A stretch of DNA of 63,951 nucleotides, counting the filler, from Kipferlia bialata (Eukaryota), in assembly GCA_003568945.1 (NCBI GenBank). It is 7 parts of 6 records of this genome, joined end to end, with 100 filler letters (N's around TTAATTAATTAA, not from the genome) between each part and the next. Parts side by side here need not be neighbours in the genome. Positions count along the whole stretch, not along the records: positions 1 to 12,546 come from BDIP01001069.1; positions 12,647 to 25,190 come from BDIP01001070.1; 5 more parts are not named here. One strand, written 5' to 3'. Positions within the stretch are counted from its first letter, which is position 1. Every line of letters starts with the position of its first letter. This document shows, piece by piece, positions 1 to 12,744 of this stretch. A program made the translations under genes and the position numbers. Under the pieces are notes generated by a model that saw only the letters and a program-made list of their open reading frames with translations, did no database searches and had not been told where the DNA came from.

Positions 1-147
1 GAGGTGTTTCATGCTCTGCCCTAGACCCTTTAGCTCGATCCCACAGCCTTTCGCAATGTCTGACTTCTCATTTAGGTCTCACCTCTCTATATCAGTGTCG
101 TTGGTTTGTTTGGCCAACCTGACTAGTATACCATATAGTTCACTTGG

Positions 148-2995
148 ATGGCGTCCCAGGCGGTAAGGCCGGCCACCGTCGGAGCCTCGTTGGAGAGGGC
201 CGCGCCACTGGCAGGAACGCAGGTATCCAGTACTCGGACTGGTGGGGCCCATTCGAGAGGGGAGGCGTCGGTGTGTGTGGCCCATGACGAGCCGACCTAC
301 ATCTACGAGAGGCTGATAGGCAAGGAGGGCATCAGGGACAGGGCCCGGCCCGACATTGCCTTTGAGGTGTCTGGGGTGGTGTCGACTGTGGTGGCCGAGA
401 AGGCAGTGGTGGCGGTATCATGTGTGTCGACCAACTGTGAGAAGCAGTATGGAGGGGTGTATACCATCCATGGGCCGTCTCGACACTTCCGCCCCCTGCC
501 TCACCCGCCCACGTCCATCCTGCTCAGTTCCCAGGCCTCCTCAGCCTCTGGGTCTGGGTCTGGGGGTGCCAATGTCTGTGTGGTGTGTGGGTCTGACCAT
601 GCCGTGATGGCACTCGACCTGTCCTCACTCATATCGATGGGGGACAGTGAGAGAGAGGGGGAGAGAGAGGGAGAGGCCCTGGCAGTGGCTGTGGAGACCT
701 ACCCCTCGTCTGAGTGTGTCGTTAGTGTCACGGCTGTGCAAGGAGGGCGGGCAGTGGTGGTGGCCCTGTCCAGTGGGCGGCTGCTCAGGTATGCGTATCA
801 GTACATGTATGTATATATATGTATGTATGTACTTGTATCTGTCCAGTGGACGGATGCTCAGGTACGGGTGGGTGTGTGTACTCTGTAGCAGCTAGGATCA
901 GTGTATATATATGTACTTGTATCTGTCAGGCCTTTGTGACTAAGAGAGATGTTTTCTACCCTTACTACTCTAGCTGGTATAGTACCTGTGGAACATGCTC
1001 CTATACACCTGACCATATACCCTCTCTTCGTATATATCTTCGTATACCCTGTGTCTCCCCCCAGACATGACCTCCGGCTGAGCAGGGTGTCCTCTGCCAT
1101 GTTAGGTAGAAGGAGCCATGCCCGGTCAGCCCATGTCAGTGTGAGACTGGGCACGGGGGATGCCCTGGTGCCATCCTTCGACAGCGGCAGGCCCTTCCCC
1201 CTGTCGGGCCCCATCCTCACAGTCAGCGGCAGGGGAGGTATGCCTATGCACTGAGACATCAATACGTACATGTATATGCATACTATACATACTACACATT
1301 CAGTTAGGGGAGGTGCCTTGACACACGGAGTGGGTAGAGATGCATGTATGTATGTATATATATATATATATGTATATCTATATATATATATGTATATATA
1401 TATATATGTATATATATATATGTATATATCACTAACAGTGCGGGACTCTCCTTTCTGTATATACATACTGTACTATATATTCCCATTCCAATTCCATGTG
1501 TTTGTCGTGTGCCCTATCCCAATACTGGTATATGGTATAATGATACACTACTGATACACTACTGATACACTCTCACTAGTCCTCTCCTCCGCCCCTCACC
1601 CAGGCACTCTCCTTGTTGCCACTGCCTCTGCCGTCTCTCTGCTAGATGCCGCATCTGCCAGGGTCCAGGCCAGAATAGACCTGCCCCAGCTCAGTAGGGG
1701 GGCGCCTATTCACTCCAGGTACAGGGAATGTATCAGTATCAGTACAGTGGATGAATGCCCTGGTACTCTCCAGATCTGATATGTACTCATTGGGTGGCTA
1801 TGATATGTTGTGTAACTATAGTTACCACTCTGTCGTTGGTTTGTTTTGTGTCAAAGAGAGAGTGTGTGTGTCCATGCACAGTTCCGATATATATGGATAC
1901 TAGATACTAACATGCCGACGTGTCATGCTTGCCATGACACTGTACCTCTCCCCCTGACCCCCAGACTCTCTATCACTTGGCACGGGGACTGTGTGTTTGT
2001 GGTGGGGTATGGAGACAGCGTGCGTGTGTGCTACGTCCCATCAGCCGACAATAGGGTATGGGGCGTTGTATGTGATATGGCATTAGCATCTCCCCTCTTC
2101 CTCTGGACTATATACAGGTACCTTGACCCCCCAGGGCACCAGCGACCCCCTGACCCAGCTGGTGAGGCGGGCGGTGTCTGGCATCAGGGCAGGGGATGAG
2201 CCCCAGCCCGTGGTGCTCGTGTCCAATGTGCTGCTGGCTGAGCCGCACTCCTGGGTGGTAGATGTAGCAGTGGTGGGGGGGCACCTAGCGGCACTGACGA
2301 TGCCGGACATAGAGCATGCAAGACAGATGCAGGAGCAGTACAGGACAGTAGCAGAGGGGGAGGCCTCGTGTGCGGTAGAGGCAGACACAGACGGAGAGGG
2401 GGAGAGTGCCAACAGCCCACCTCTATCTATGCCTACCTCTGCCCAGGGAGAGGGAGGGGAGGGGGAGACGGAGGCAGAGGCCGACAGAGAGAGGGAGAGG
2501 GAGTATGTGTATGGCCCAGACGACTGTCTGCCCTACCTCTCCCTAGTAGTGCTGTCCCTGTTGGGCCAGGAGATGGCCGCAGACCGCATCCCCCTGCCGC
2601 TGTCGGTACCCTTAGACATGAGAGGCATATCCCTGGCAAGGATAGCACACCCCTCCTTACAGCACATGGGCCTACCAGCATACAGGTACCTCGCCACCCA
2701 CACACCTACTCTGTCTATATATATGAGTGTGTAGATCTGGATACACCTCTCCCACCCCAGGGGTGGCGCTGCGAGGCGTGACCAGCTGTACCTAGGGGTC
2801 GGCCCGTCCCTGCTGTCGGTGTCCCCTGTCGACATAGCATCCCACGTGCAGTTTCTGATAGAGCACGGGAGATACAGACAGGCAGTGCTGGCCATAGCAC
2901 ACTCAGACAGACACGGCTGGGCCTACGAGTCACTGCGCAGACTGAGGCACATCGAGCAGGTGCTGGGACTAGTATAGTGTATATATATAGCTAGT

Positions 2996-3032
<37 letters not shown>

Positions 3033-3561
3033 GTGGGGGGGTATAATATGGGTGGCTATATCTATGTGGCAAACCGAGCAGGATACCCATCCATGCGATG
3101 TATATCAGGGTTTCTGTCTGTCTGTGCCCCACCCCCAGGTTGTTGACTACCTCGTTAGACAGGGCCAGTTTGACAGGGCTGCCTCAGTACTATCTGCCTT
3201 CATTCCCACATCGGCAGTGGACAGGTAGAGGGGTATTGGGGTATTGGGGTATTGGGGTATTGGGGTATTGGGGTACAGGGGTATACGGTAGTATGACAGT
3301 GGAGTGTATCATGTGTGTTGCACATCGGCAGTGGACTGGTGCCTACATGGGTGAATGGGCATGTAGATGGTGTTGTCAGTGAGATAGGGTTGTGTATCAG
3401 TTATGTATTGGTGCATTGTCACCTATTCCAGCTGACCGGCCGCTGATGTCAGGTGGGAGAGGTGGGTGTATGTGTTCACCGCCCGCCGTGCCCTGCCCTC
3501 CCTGCTGTCCACCATACCCCTCCCGGCCAACCCAGGGGACCCACAGCTCAGCACAAGGTGG

Positions 3562-3592
<31 letters not shown>

Positions 3593-6249
3593 CATTATAC
3601 ATAGATATATATATATTCCCACAGCTCAGCACAAGGTGGGGCAGAGTGGCTGTATTATATATACAATATAATATAGATAATATATATAGATATGAATATA
3701 TACCCACAGCTCAGCACAAGGTGAGAATCTGTACATATACATATCATCTTTTGTACAGAACCATGTAGATATGGGACATGTTTCGGTGAATGATTCTATC
3801 TAGGTTTATCCCTTGCTCACTGTCAGGTGTTACACTGCTGTCCTTGCTGGATTGCTAGTCAGTGACGAGACACTCTTCGCCAGGTATATATAGATACTAT
3901 ATATACATTACGGGAGTGGATTGTGGATGGAGCATTTCTGTCAGTGTCTACACTATGTGTACTCTAGATTCTCAGTATTCTCATATATGTATCCATATCC
4001 CCGATACATACCTACATACCAGGAGTCTCCGCATGTAATGTAGATATTTAGATAGATAGGTTATATACACTCATTCTTGCCCCCCCTCCCTGCCAGGTGT
4101 CTCCTGCTGTGGCCCTCCTCCTTAATTGAGACCGATGTCCTAAGGCCAGCGGTGCAGGACAGACACCGCTCCTCCCCCATGTCAGACCCCCTGCTCACGT
4201 CCCTGGCCATCCTCCACGAGAGGGCAGGGGACTTGGACAAGGCGTTCTCGTACCTGCTCAGCGTGTCCAGGTGGGACAGGGTGTGTGTATGCATGTGTGT
4301 GTGTATATGTATGCAAAGGATGTCCCCTACCCTCTGACCCCTTAGGCTGACAGCCCACGTGTCCAGGAGTGGGGACTACTCCCCCTTTGTGTTTGTCCGC
4401 AGCCATGGCACCGCCCTGTACGCTGCTGCCCTCGACCGGGTGGGCAGGCTGTTCTATATAGACCCAGACAGGGCGGCATCCCTCTTTGCGTCCATCCCAG
4501 AGGGCCACTGTGCAGTGACAGACGTCACAGCCGCCCTCCTCAGGTCTCTGGTGTCCATATCCAACGGGAACCTGACAGGCGACAACACCCTCCCTGACCT
4601 CGATACAAAGGTGGGTGCTTGTTATTCTGATGTCGTGTGAGGGATCATTGGTGTGTCCTGCATATATATGTGTGTGTGACTGTGTATCTGATCCGTGTCT
4701 CTCTGACCCCTAGGCCACAGCAGACATTGCCGAGTCTCTGGTGTGTCTGTCCAGACCCATATCATCAGCATCAATAGGCACAGAGGGTCAGCGCGGTACG
4801 GCATATCTGTCAGGGGATATATACATATACACTGCTGCACCTGCATGCCTCCCCCCTGACCCCCAGGCCAGTCGCCCCTGGCCTCTCTGGACTGTGCAGT
4901 ACAGGACGCCCTGGGTCAGGTGCCCCAGCTGGGGGCAGTCATATCAGGTGGGGGCAGTGGGGACGTGATATATGGCAGTGGTGGTGGTCTATGGGACACA
5001 AGACAGTCGGACACTGTAGTCTATGTACTATGTCTTACATTTGTATTATATTGTGTACAATAGCAATAATCCTCTCTGCCGGATATGACAGATATATATA
5101 TATTAATATGTATACATATAGTGCCTGTTTTCTCATTCTACTATTTCTTGTCTTCTGTTAAACCAGTTGATCCAATGAAACACCCCTTTCTTTTTTCTGA
5201 ATCTAATGATCAGGGTGGGTGCCTGGTGAGACGCTCACCTTCACCAACAAGCAGTTCTCCTACCCCCTCCACGCCTACTTTTCTGCCCTTCTTGACACCG
5301 ACGAGGGGGCACGCCGCCTGGCACCGTGTCACGATGCGGCTGTGCTGCTAGGGGCCATCCACGACCCCAGGCTGGAGAGCATGAAGACGCTGATAGTGAG
5401 GTGGGTGGTGTTGATATTGTATATACTATATTGGGGACAGTGTGATGGTAAGATATATGTAGCATACCAGTTGTGGTGTCCCTCCCTCATTGACTATCCA
5501 CTATCACCCTTCTACCTCTACATGCCCTTGTACTGTTGTTACACACTGCCAGTATCTCTTGTCTGTCTGACCCTAGGTGTGAGCAGGCATCCGCTGCTGT
5601 GTGTGAGCGTATCTGCGAGGCCCTAGGCTTCAAGCAGCTGCAGGCCTATGTGTGGAAGAGGACTGCCCTCCGCACAGGCAGTGTCGATGAGCAGCAGCGC
5701 AGTGTGGAGGCCTTGGTCGTGGCAGGGTCTGTGACTGAGGCCGTGGACCTTGTGTTTGAGTTCACCCGGCACTCCCCCCAGACTGCCGAGGCCCTGTGGC
5801 AGCACGTGGTGTCGGTGTGTCTGAGGGAGGGGCAGGGCGGGATCCTGCTGCGGCTGAGCACAGAGCGCCCCCTGCCCATCTCCGTAGTCGACGTCATCAA
5901 GCAGATGGGGCATGACGCGTCTGTGCCAGGCTTCGACGGCATAGTCAGGTCATTGTGTCTGAGTGAGGCGGTGCATGTCCTGATGTACCAGTCCCTGGCA
6001 GGCCTTGCCACCGACAACACCATGCACCTCTTCGACTCGCTCAAGGGCGCCTATGCCCTGGGCCGCAGAGTGGCAGCCGACCAGCGGTGTCTGGTGTGCA
6101 GCCAGCCCATGCATGCCGCACCCTCCTCAGACGCAGACTCCGAGGCGCTGTGCGTGTTTGCGTGTGGCCATGTAGCCCACCGGTCCTGCCTCGACACGTC
6201 GGCCCAGGTCGACGAGGGGGAGGCAGAGACATGCCCCAAGTGCTCGTAG
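148..6249 (+). CDS. VPS41: Vps41-like HOPS subunit (beta-propeller, alpha-solenoid/CHCR, C-terminal RING); multi-exon
   Basis: Spliced peptides match recalled Vps41 motifs: DEPTYIYERL; SPVDIASHVQFLIEHGRYRQAV (~2820-2890); WERWVYVF...IPLPANPGDPQLSTR (3454-3557); CLLLWPSSL...LAILHERAGDLDKAFSYLL; YPLHAYFSALL...CHDAAVLL; terminal RING CLVC...VFACGHVAHRSC...CPKC, stop 6247-6249. Start uncertain (another ATG at 56). Confidence 0.85.
3230..3284 (+). repeat. (GGGGTATT)n intronic minisatellite
   Basis: Five perfect GGGGTATT units and two degenerate units just after the donor at ~3225. Confidence 0.9.
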
Positions 6250-6818
6250 GGTGGATACTGTTCGAATACACTTTGCATTGTTAGAATAGACGTAGAGGAA
6301 GTGTGAATGTCTGTTGTGTGCAGTCTTTTGTACTTGCATTGTATCAACAGGTTACTTGAACCGGTTATCACTTGCCTTGAAGTTGCCAGAATATCACTAT
6401 AACACGATGCATATCGAGCTCGAGGTCACCCAGATTCAATCATACCGATATTACTTCTGCTGACGACTATATACAACCCAATAACAATCCATTCATATGT
6501 CCGATTCGAGCTGAATTTACCCAAACACGGACACAGAACAGACAGACACATAGACAGGAACAATGACACAAAACACACACACCACTGCTACAGACACTGT
6601 ATCTACATAGACACTGTATCGAGGGAGAGACTATGCACATGAATGCACATGAATACCAGCAAAAGACAAGGGGCCTGAGGGTGGAAACACTTGCACACAT
6701 CTCTACCCCACCTCTGCGTCCACACAGAACCTGACACACACACTGCATGTCAAGACTGGGTGTGGCCCCATGCACAACCACCCTCACAGTCCTCACATCC
6801 CTATATCCTTATGGTCCT

Positions 6819-8009
6819 TCACTCGAGAGCCTTGGGACGGGTGATCTCTCTGGTGGGCCGCCTGTACCGAGTGTATCCGCTGCGGCTCTGTGTCTCTGTG
6901 TCCCTTCTGCCCGAGTACCTCTCCCCCTGGCTGTCTCCGTCCCTGCTGGTGTCGGCCGTGCCTCTGCTCCAGTTACCGTTCCGGGGGGCCCTAGACCTGT
7001 CGGACTGCCTTGCCCCGTACCCTCCCCTTCTCTGGGTGCCAGCCCTCTGGTTGGTGTCGAATGTCTGGGGGTTGAGGGTCTGTCCACTGCGTGCCCTGTC
7101 CCCCCCGAAGGATGTCACGTCATCGAAGAAGTCGGCCACGGGGTCATAGGCACCCTTCTCCCACTCGGCAAGGGCCGCGTCGGGGTCCTTGCCATCCCGC
7201 TCGGCCTCCTGCATCACACGCTCCTAGGGGTCAGGACAAACAACAAGAACTCCACCCACACGGCACAGAACTATACATACTATACATGTGACATGACACA
7301 CAGATAGTAGAGGTCCCTGATCAGTATGCGTGCTGGATATACACAAATACAAGGACACTCATAATATGCCCACTGCCACAGCAACCCCTTGGCACCCAGC
7401 CACGCCCACCTTGTTCATCTCATGGGCCTCGACCAAGTCGGGGGCCTCGGTGGCAATCACCTCCTGAGCCTCAGTGTCAGCCTCGGCATCCCCCTCCTCG
7501 TCTGAGATGTCGGGCCTCAGGCTGCTGGGGGGAGCAGGCCGGTCACGCTGTCTGCGGGGTGCCCGCCTCTCCTTCCTCTCCTTCCTCTCCTTGGCTGCTG
7601 CTGGGGCGGGGGCCTCGGCAGCTGCTGTCTCGGGAGCAGACACTGGCTTCTCCTCCTTGGCTGCCTCCTCAACCACTGGCACAGCCTCGGCCTCCTCAGC
7701 GGCTGGCTCAGCCACAGCGGCAGGGGCAGACACCTCCTGGGTCTTCTCCTGGAAACTGATCTCGGGCTGAGCAACTACAGGAATGTCAGTGATCTCCTCG
7801 GTGCTCTGGAACACAGACAGGTTGTAGCTGAACCCACCAGCTGGGGCTGCATAGCTGACCATTCTTCCAAACTCCTGACGCCAGAAGGTGGCCGGGAACA
7901 AGGTGATCACAAGATCAGGGGTCAGAGTCACACAAGTACCCTCCACAAAGCTTCCATCGGCCCAGTAACACTTGTACCTGTGTCCAGTGAAAGAATCGAA
8001 GTCAGTCAT
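6819..8009 (-). CDS. LSM14: Lsm14/Scd6/Trailer-hitch-like mRNA repression and P-body protein; exons 8009-7410 and 7223-6819
   Basis: N-terminal Sm-like beta region (MTDFDSFTGHRYKCYWADGSFVEGT), degenerate DFDF box (TEAPDLVEAHEMNK), FFD box (AYDPVADFFDDVTS), TFG-like box (LNPQTFD) and an Arg/Gly-rich tail. A phase-0 GT-AG intron at 7409-7224 joins the two ORFs. Confidence 0.72.
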
Positions 8010-8295
8010 CGCCTCTACTACTGATTCTCAAACCAGCGTGGGACTAGAAAGCCTTGCTGTTCTTTCAAAGCTGTCTTTGAAGTCAACATCGACTTGATAA
8101 ACCGTTTTTGTCTCACTCAGACTCAAATTGAGTCACTCAGAGTGACTCGGATATTCACTATATAACCTGTGATAACCGAGACGTAGTGCACACATACTGT
8201 ACTATACAGGTGGGCGACCGGTTGTAACTACCTCTGTTTTCAATTATTTATGTGTTTGCGGATATATACCGGTCGTTTCTATGGCACTGCACCCC

Positions 8296-11200
8296 TTAGA
8301 GAAGGAGGGACTCCACGAACTTGGGGAGGGATGCCACCTTCTTGAGCTGCTTGGCAGGCCCCACCCTGCGGGACAGCACCTTGGTGAGCTCGGCGTGCAG
8401 GTCAGCCTTCTCAATGACTCCGGCATCGACCACGGCACTCAGGACGCTGACCACCAGGGACTGGGGGGTCATGCCGCTGTTCCTCCACCTGAGGTAGGTG
8501 CCAGACACAATGTCATCGGCAGACAGGTTGGACAGGATGGTCTTCATGCCGTCATGGGCCATGAGGGCGGCGTAGTTCTTGCCCTGCACAATCTGGGCAA
8601 AGACCAGCTCAGCAAACTGCTTGTCGGTGAAGAGGGCACTGAAGTTCTTCTCCAGAAGGGTGAAGATGCCGTCGGCGTCCTCAAAGGCGTTGAAGGTGTC
8701 GGCGATCTTGCTCTCGGCGGCCCAGAGGAACACCTTGGGGACCTCGAGCTCGTTGAAGAGGTCGCGGAGGTCGTTGATGGAGCCTCCCTCCTTGAGGGCG
8801 ATGATCTCGTTGGGCTTGATGCCGGTGCCGCTCTTGAAGAGGGTGAGCACGGTGTCGTTCCTGTCCTCAGACTCGGTCTTGCACACAGAGGCCAGAAGCT
8901 CCTTGAGGAACCTCCAGGCGTTGGACACGGGGCGGTTGTTACGGCCGTCGGCAATGCGGGCAAGGAGCCCGGACAGCTGGAAGTTGCCGAAACGGACGGC
9001 ACGGCCGAAGATCTCGCAGGCCCCCTTGAGGTCGTCGAGAGAGAGAGTGCTGGAGTCCAGCACGCTCACGTAGCCAAGGATGATGCACTTCTCAATGGCG
9101 GCCCAGAGAGAGCCGGCGGCCTTGCGCAGGGGGGAGAGGCCCTCCATGATGGGGCGCCTGTGGTACACCTTGCTGGAGGCCATACCGGCCAGAAGCACGG
9201 CGGTGATGTACTCGGGCCAGTGCTCGTACTCGGGCAGGGCCAGCACGCTGTCCTCGCCAGAAGAGGCAACGTCGATCTCGAGGTAGGAGCAGAGGGCGAA
9301 CACAAGTCCTCCCTCGTTAGCCTCGGTGAGGATGGAGTGGCACTCGGCCTCGGTGGGGGGCACGAAGCCCACGGGCTCGGGGGCGGGGGCGGCGACAGCC
9401 TGGGGAGAGGACTCACGGGAAGAGAGGGATCCGAAGCGGTTGACACGCTCGGTGCTGGTGCCGCGGGAGTCTCCGCCAGAGGCGCCACGGGGGGGCATGG
9501 GGCGTCCGCGGGAGGGGCGTCCTCCGCGTCCACCAGCAGAGGGGCTGGAGGCAACCCAGCCGTCGGCGTTGCGGCTGCTGGACCTGTCCTGGTTCCTCCT
9601 GGGTCCGCGCATCTGCCTGCCGTGGGAGCCACCGGCCCTGAGGGCGGCCTGCTCCTTCTGGACCTCGGCCCTCCTCTTCTTGGTGGCCTGGTCCACGGTG
9701 AGGAAGGCGTCGTTGTTCTTGGAGGGGTCGGAGTAGCCCTTGAGGTGCTTCTCGATGGTGTCCTCCAGCATGAATCTGATACGGGGGGGGTGGCACTCGT
9801 CACCGGCAATGCCGCGGAAGGCATCGATCACGAGGTTGAGCAGGTTGTCGACCACAAAGGTGGTGGAGCCGGGGAACAGCTGCATGTTGGCGTTCCTGGG
9901 CTGGCAGAACTTGAAGCCCACGGCCTCCAGCAGGAGGGTGGCACCCTCGATGGAGTCGTAGTTGAACTTGTACTCGCCGTTCTTCTCGACGTGGTAGATC
10001 TCCTTGCCGAAGGTGTCTGTGAACTGCTGGATGTGGTGGATGGTGTGGAAGGGGGGGACCTGCACCTTGCCCTTCTGGGCCTGGGCCTTGAGGGCGGCCA
10101 TGGAGCCGGTGGACAGGATGTCGTCCTCGATGTACCTGAGGGTAAGTGGAATCCACTACCAATGCCACATTCAATACACATATGATGCATAGACAGCAGT
10201 GCTGTGACAGATGATAGATGAGATGGGGTACCCTACCTGTGCACGGCAGAGTCCAGCACAGGCTGCAGGGCCAGGATGGACAGGCAGGAGTTGGCAACCA
10301 CACGGGAGGACAGGAAGTTGTTGTTGAACAGGGCTCCGATGAACCTGATGTTTCCAAAGAGGTGGATCTTGCACAGCTCGCGGCGGTACTCGTTCTCGGC
10401 CTCGGACAGAGAGTCGTTGGGCAGGAAGGCGGGGTTGCGGGGGGCCATGTGCTGGAACTCGTACTTGGCACAGTTGACAATGTGCTTCTTGAGCCTGTTG
10501 AAGGACAGGTCGTGGAGGAGCAGGGCGTTGGGCACGGAGGCGTCGTCCTCGGTCTCAAGCATGGCCTCGAACCTCTTCACAGACTTGGTCACCTGGGGTG
10601 GGCGGAGGGTATGGACTCAGGACGGAAACTAAACACCACCAATTATGTATAACAGTATCGATATGACAGCTCTGCTTATAACCAACACGAGTCCCCACTC
10701 ACCATCTCCTTGCGGCGGGGGTCGAAGCTGCGGGGGTTGGACCTCATGGACTCGAGCTCCGCCTTGGCCTGCTCCAGCTGGGACTCAAACCTGGCCTTGG
10801 TGGCAGCAAGCTCGTGCTGGAACCCATTGCCGAAGGGGGGGAAGCCGCCGTCGGTGGACTCGTACTCGTCGGGGAAGATGACGATGAACTCCTTCTTCTC
10901 CTTGAGCTTCTTCAGGAGCTGCACGTACAGGGCACAGAAGTTCTCCTCGAGACAGGCCTTCTCGAAGATGGCCTCGGCCAGCTGCTCCACCATGATCTGC
11001 CTGTCGGCCAGGGGGATGCGGCCCACCTCGGAGGGCTTGGTCATGTCGCAGAAGGTGTACACAAGCTGGTCAGACAGCTCGCCAAGGGTCTGGGCGGTCA
11101 TCTTGTTGAGGATCTGGGCAGTGACGTGCCTGATCTGGGCCACGGGGTCCTTCTGGGCCTTGGCGTTGATCCTGGCAACCACGGAGGGCATCATGTGGCC

Positions 11201-12284
11201 CTTGCTCTGGCCTCCCTTGCCCTTGTGGGAGGAGCCCTTGGATGTGTTGGAGTGACCCATCTTGGAGCGCTCAAAGAGCTCCTTGAGGGAGTGCTTCATG
11301 TCGGCGGTCATGCTCTTGGGGTCCTTCTGGCAGGACTCCACGTCCTGGAACCTGATGAGGAAGTCTACGGTGTACACCTTGCGAGAGATGTCGGTAGACA
11401 CACGGTCCATGTTGTTGATGTGCTTGCGCAGCTTGGCCACGGTGTCGTCGTAGTGCTCGTTGGCCTCCTCCTCGTCGCCTGGGGTCTGGGGGACGGAGGG
11501 AGATGCAGGCACGGTGCTGTTGGCAGTGGCGTACTCAGTGCCAGTCTCAGCCTCAGCCTCGATGGCAGCAGGCCTCTCACGCTCAAGGAGGGCGGCAGTA
11601 ACGGCCTCAGCCTCAACTGGTGTGGAATACCCGTCATCCTCAACGACTGGCTCAGTGACTACCTCAGTAACAACCTCTGCTACAACCTCAGCAACCTCAG
11701 CAACCTCAGCGGCCTCAGCCTCTGGGGCAGCCTCAACAGCAGCCTCAGCCTCAACAGCAGCCTCAGTCACAGGTACGGCAACAGCCTCAACTGGCTCCTC
11801 TGTGGTCACAGCGGCAGATGGCTCTGAAGCTGCCTCAACAGGGGCGTCAGAGAGGGAGGCGGGGGCATCAGTGAATCCCACGGGGCTAGACTCAAACAGC
11901 ATAGTTGGAGCAGCTGGAGTGTTCTCAAACTGAACCTCAGCAGTATCCTGTGGGGCGGTGGGCTGGGAACTGAAGAGAGGAGCGCCCTCATCTGGCTGAG
12001 AGCTGAACATCATGTCACCGGCGGCAGGTGCAGGGGCAGGAGCGTCGCTCTCACTTGGGATTCCCCATGTGTGGCGTGGGCCATAAGAAGGGCGACCAGC
12101 GTATGGGGGCTGGCCAGGGTATCCTGGGAACCCGGGGTTGTTGCCTGGGGTAAAAACGGTGAGAAGAGACATCAAATGCGTCTTGTGGCAAACAACTCCT
12201 AAAAGAACGGTTGTATTGAATACACCAACTATAAACTACTGAAACACACCACTACGACGTACTTCCTGATGGGTTGTACGACAT
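8296..12284 (-). CDS. EIF4G: Translation initiation factor eIF4G; exons 12284-12263, 12144-10703, 10592-10237, 10135-8296
   Basis: eIF4E-binding YxxxxL-phi motif (RKVYTVDFLIRF). MIF4G motifs ILNKMT, IFEKACLEENFCALY, GNIRFIGALF, IEGATLLLEAVG, PRIRFMLED. Helical MA3-like C-terminal region. Three frame-preserving GT-AG introns; N-terminus MSYNPSGSNNPGFPGY. Confidence 0.9.
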
Positions 12285-12430
12285 TGGGCCTTACTTCAGA
12301 AAAGATTCTTGTTCCTGACGGTGAGGTTTTTGTTCAAGGGGTTTAGTGTTGGTCATGTTAATACAATGACCTCTATCGGATGAGTCACACTGATGCTTTA
12401 TACATTGTCATGCAGAATCGCCAGTCAGGA
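12285..12430. promoter_or_regulatory. Putative compact bidirectional promoter between eIF4G and the PQGQYP gene
   Basis: About 145 nt of AT-richer sequence lies between the inferred divergent starts. Confidence 0.4.
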
Positions 12431-12546
12431 ATGAACGGTTACCCCCCTTCTGGCTACCAGCAAGGCCAGAGGCCTCAGGGCCAGTACCCCCCTCAGGGCC
12501 AGTACCCTCCCCAGGGCCAGCCTCAGGGCCAGTACCCCCCTCAGGG
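12431..12546 (+). CDS. 5' fragment of a protein with PQGQYP repeats, divergent from eIF4G, cut by contig end
   Basis: MNGYPPSGYQQGQRPQGQYPPQGQYPPQGQPQGQYPPQ with an 18-nt coding tandem repeat; start codon uncertain. Confidence 0.55.
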
Positions 12547-12646
12547 NNNNNNNNNNNNNNNNNNNNNNNNNNNNNNNNNNNNNNNNNNNNTTAATTAATT
12601 AANNNNNNNNNNNNNNNNNNNNNNNNNNNNNNNNNNNNNNNNNNNN
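12547..12646. other. Artificial contig linker N44-TTAATTAATTAA-N44 (also 25191-25290, 30361-30460, 34513-34612, 47155-47254, 59778-59877)
   Basis: Identical 100-nt spacer with stops in all six frames, seen six times. Synteny across these points is meaningless. Confidence 0.97.
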
Positions 12647-12660
12647 CCCCCCCCCCCCCC

Positions 12661-12702
<42 letters not shown>

Positions 12703-12744
12703 GACCAATGCAATAATGACACATATACCCCACGTGACCCATAC

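Noticed and set aside
858..1565. YIYI, SLSL and ERER short ORFs here and throughout the window
   Set aside because: Translations of intronic (AT)n and (AG)n microsatellites.
8281..10185. 634-aa plus-strand ORF and the 337-aa ORF at 10814-11827
   Set aside because: Antisense shadows of the eIF4G exons, explained by high GC3 codon bias.
12547..12646. Repeated TTAATTAATTAA element flanked by Ns
   Set aside because: Artificial six-frame-stop linker; apparent clustering of Vps41, BRO1 and Atg18 across linkers has no biological meaning.
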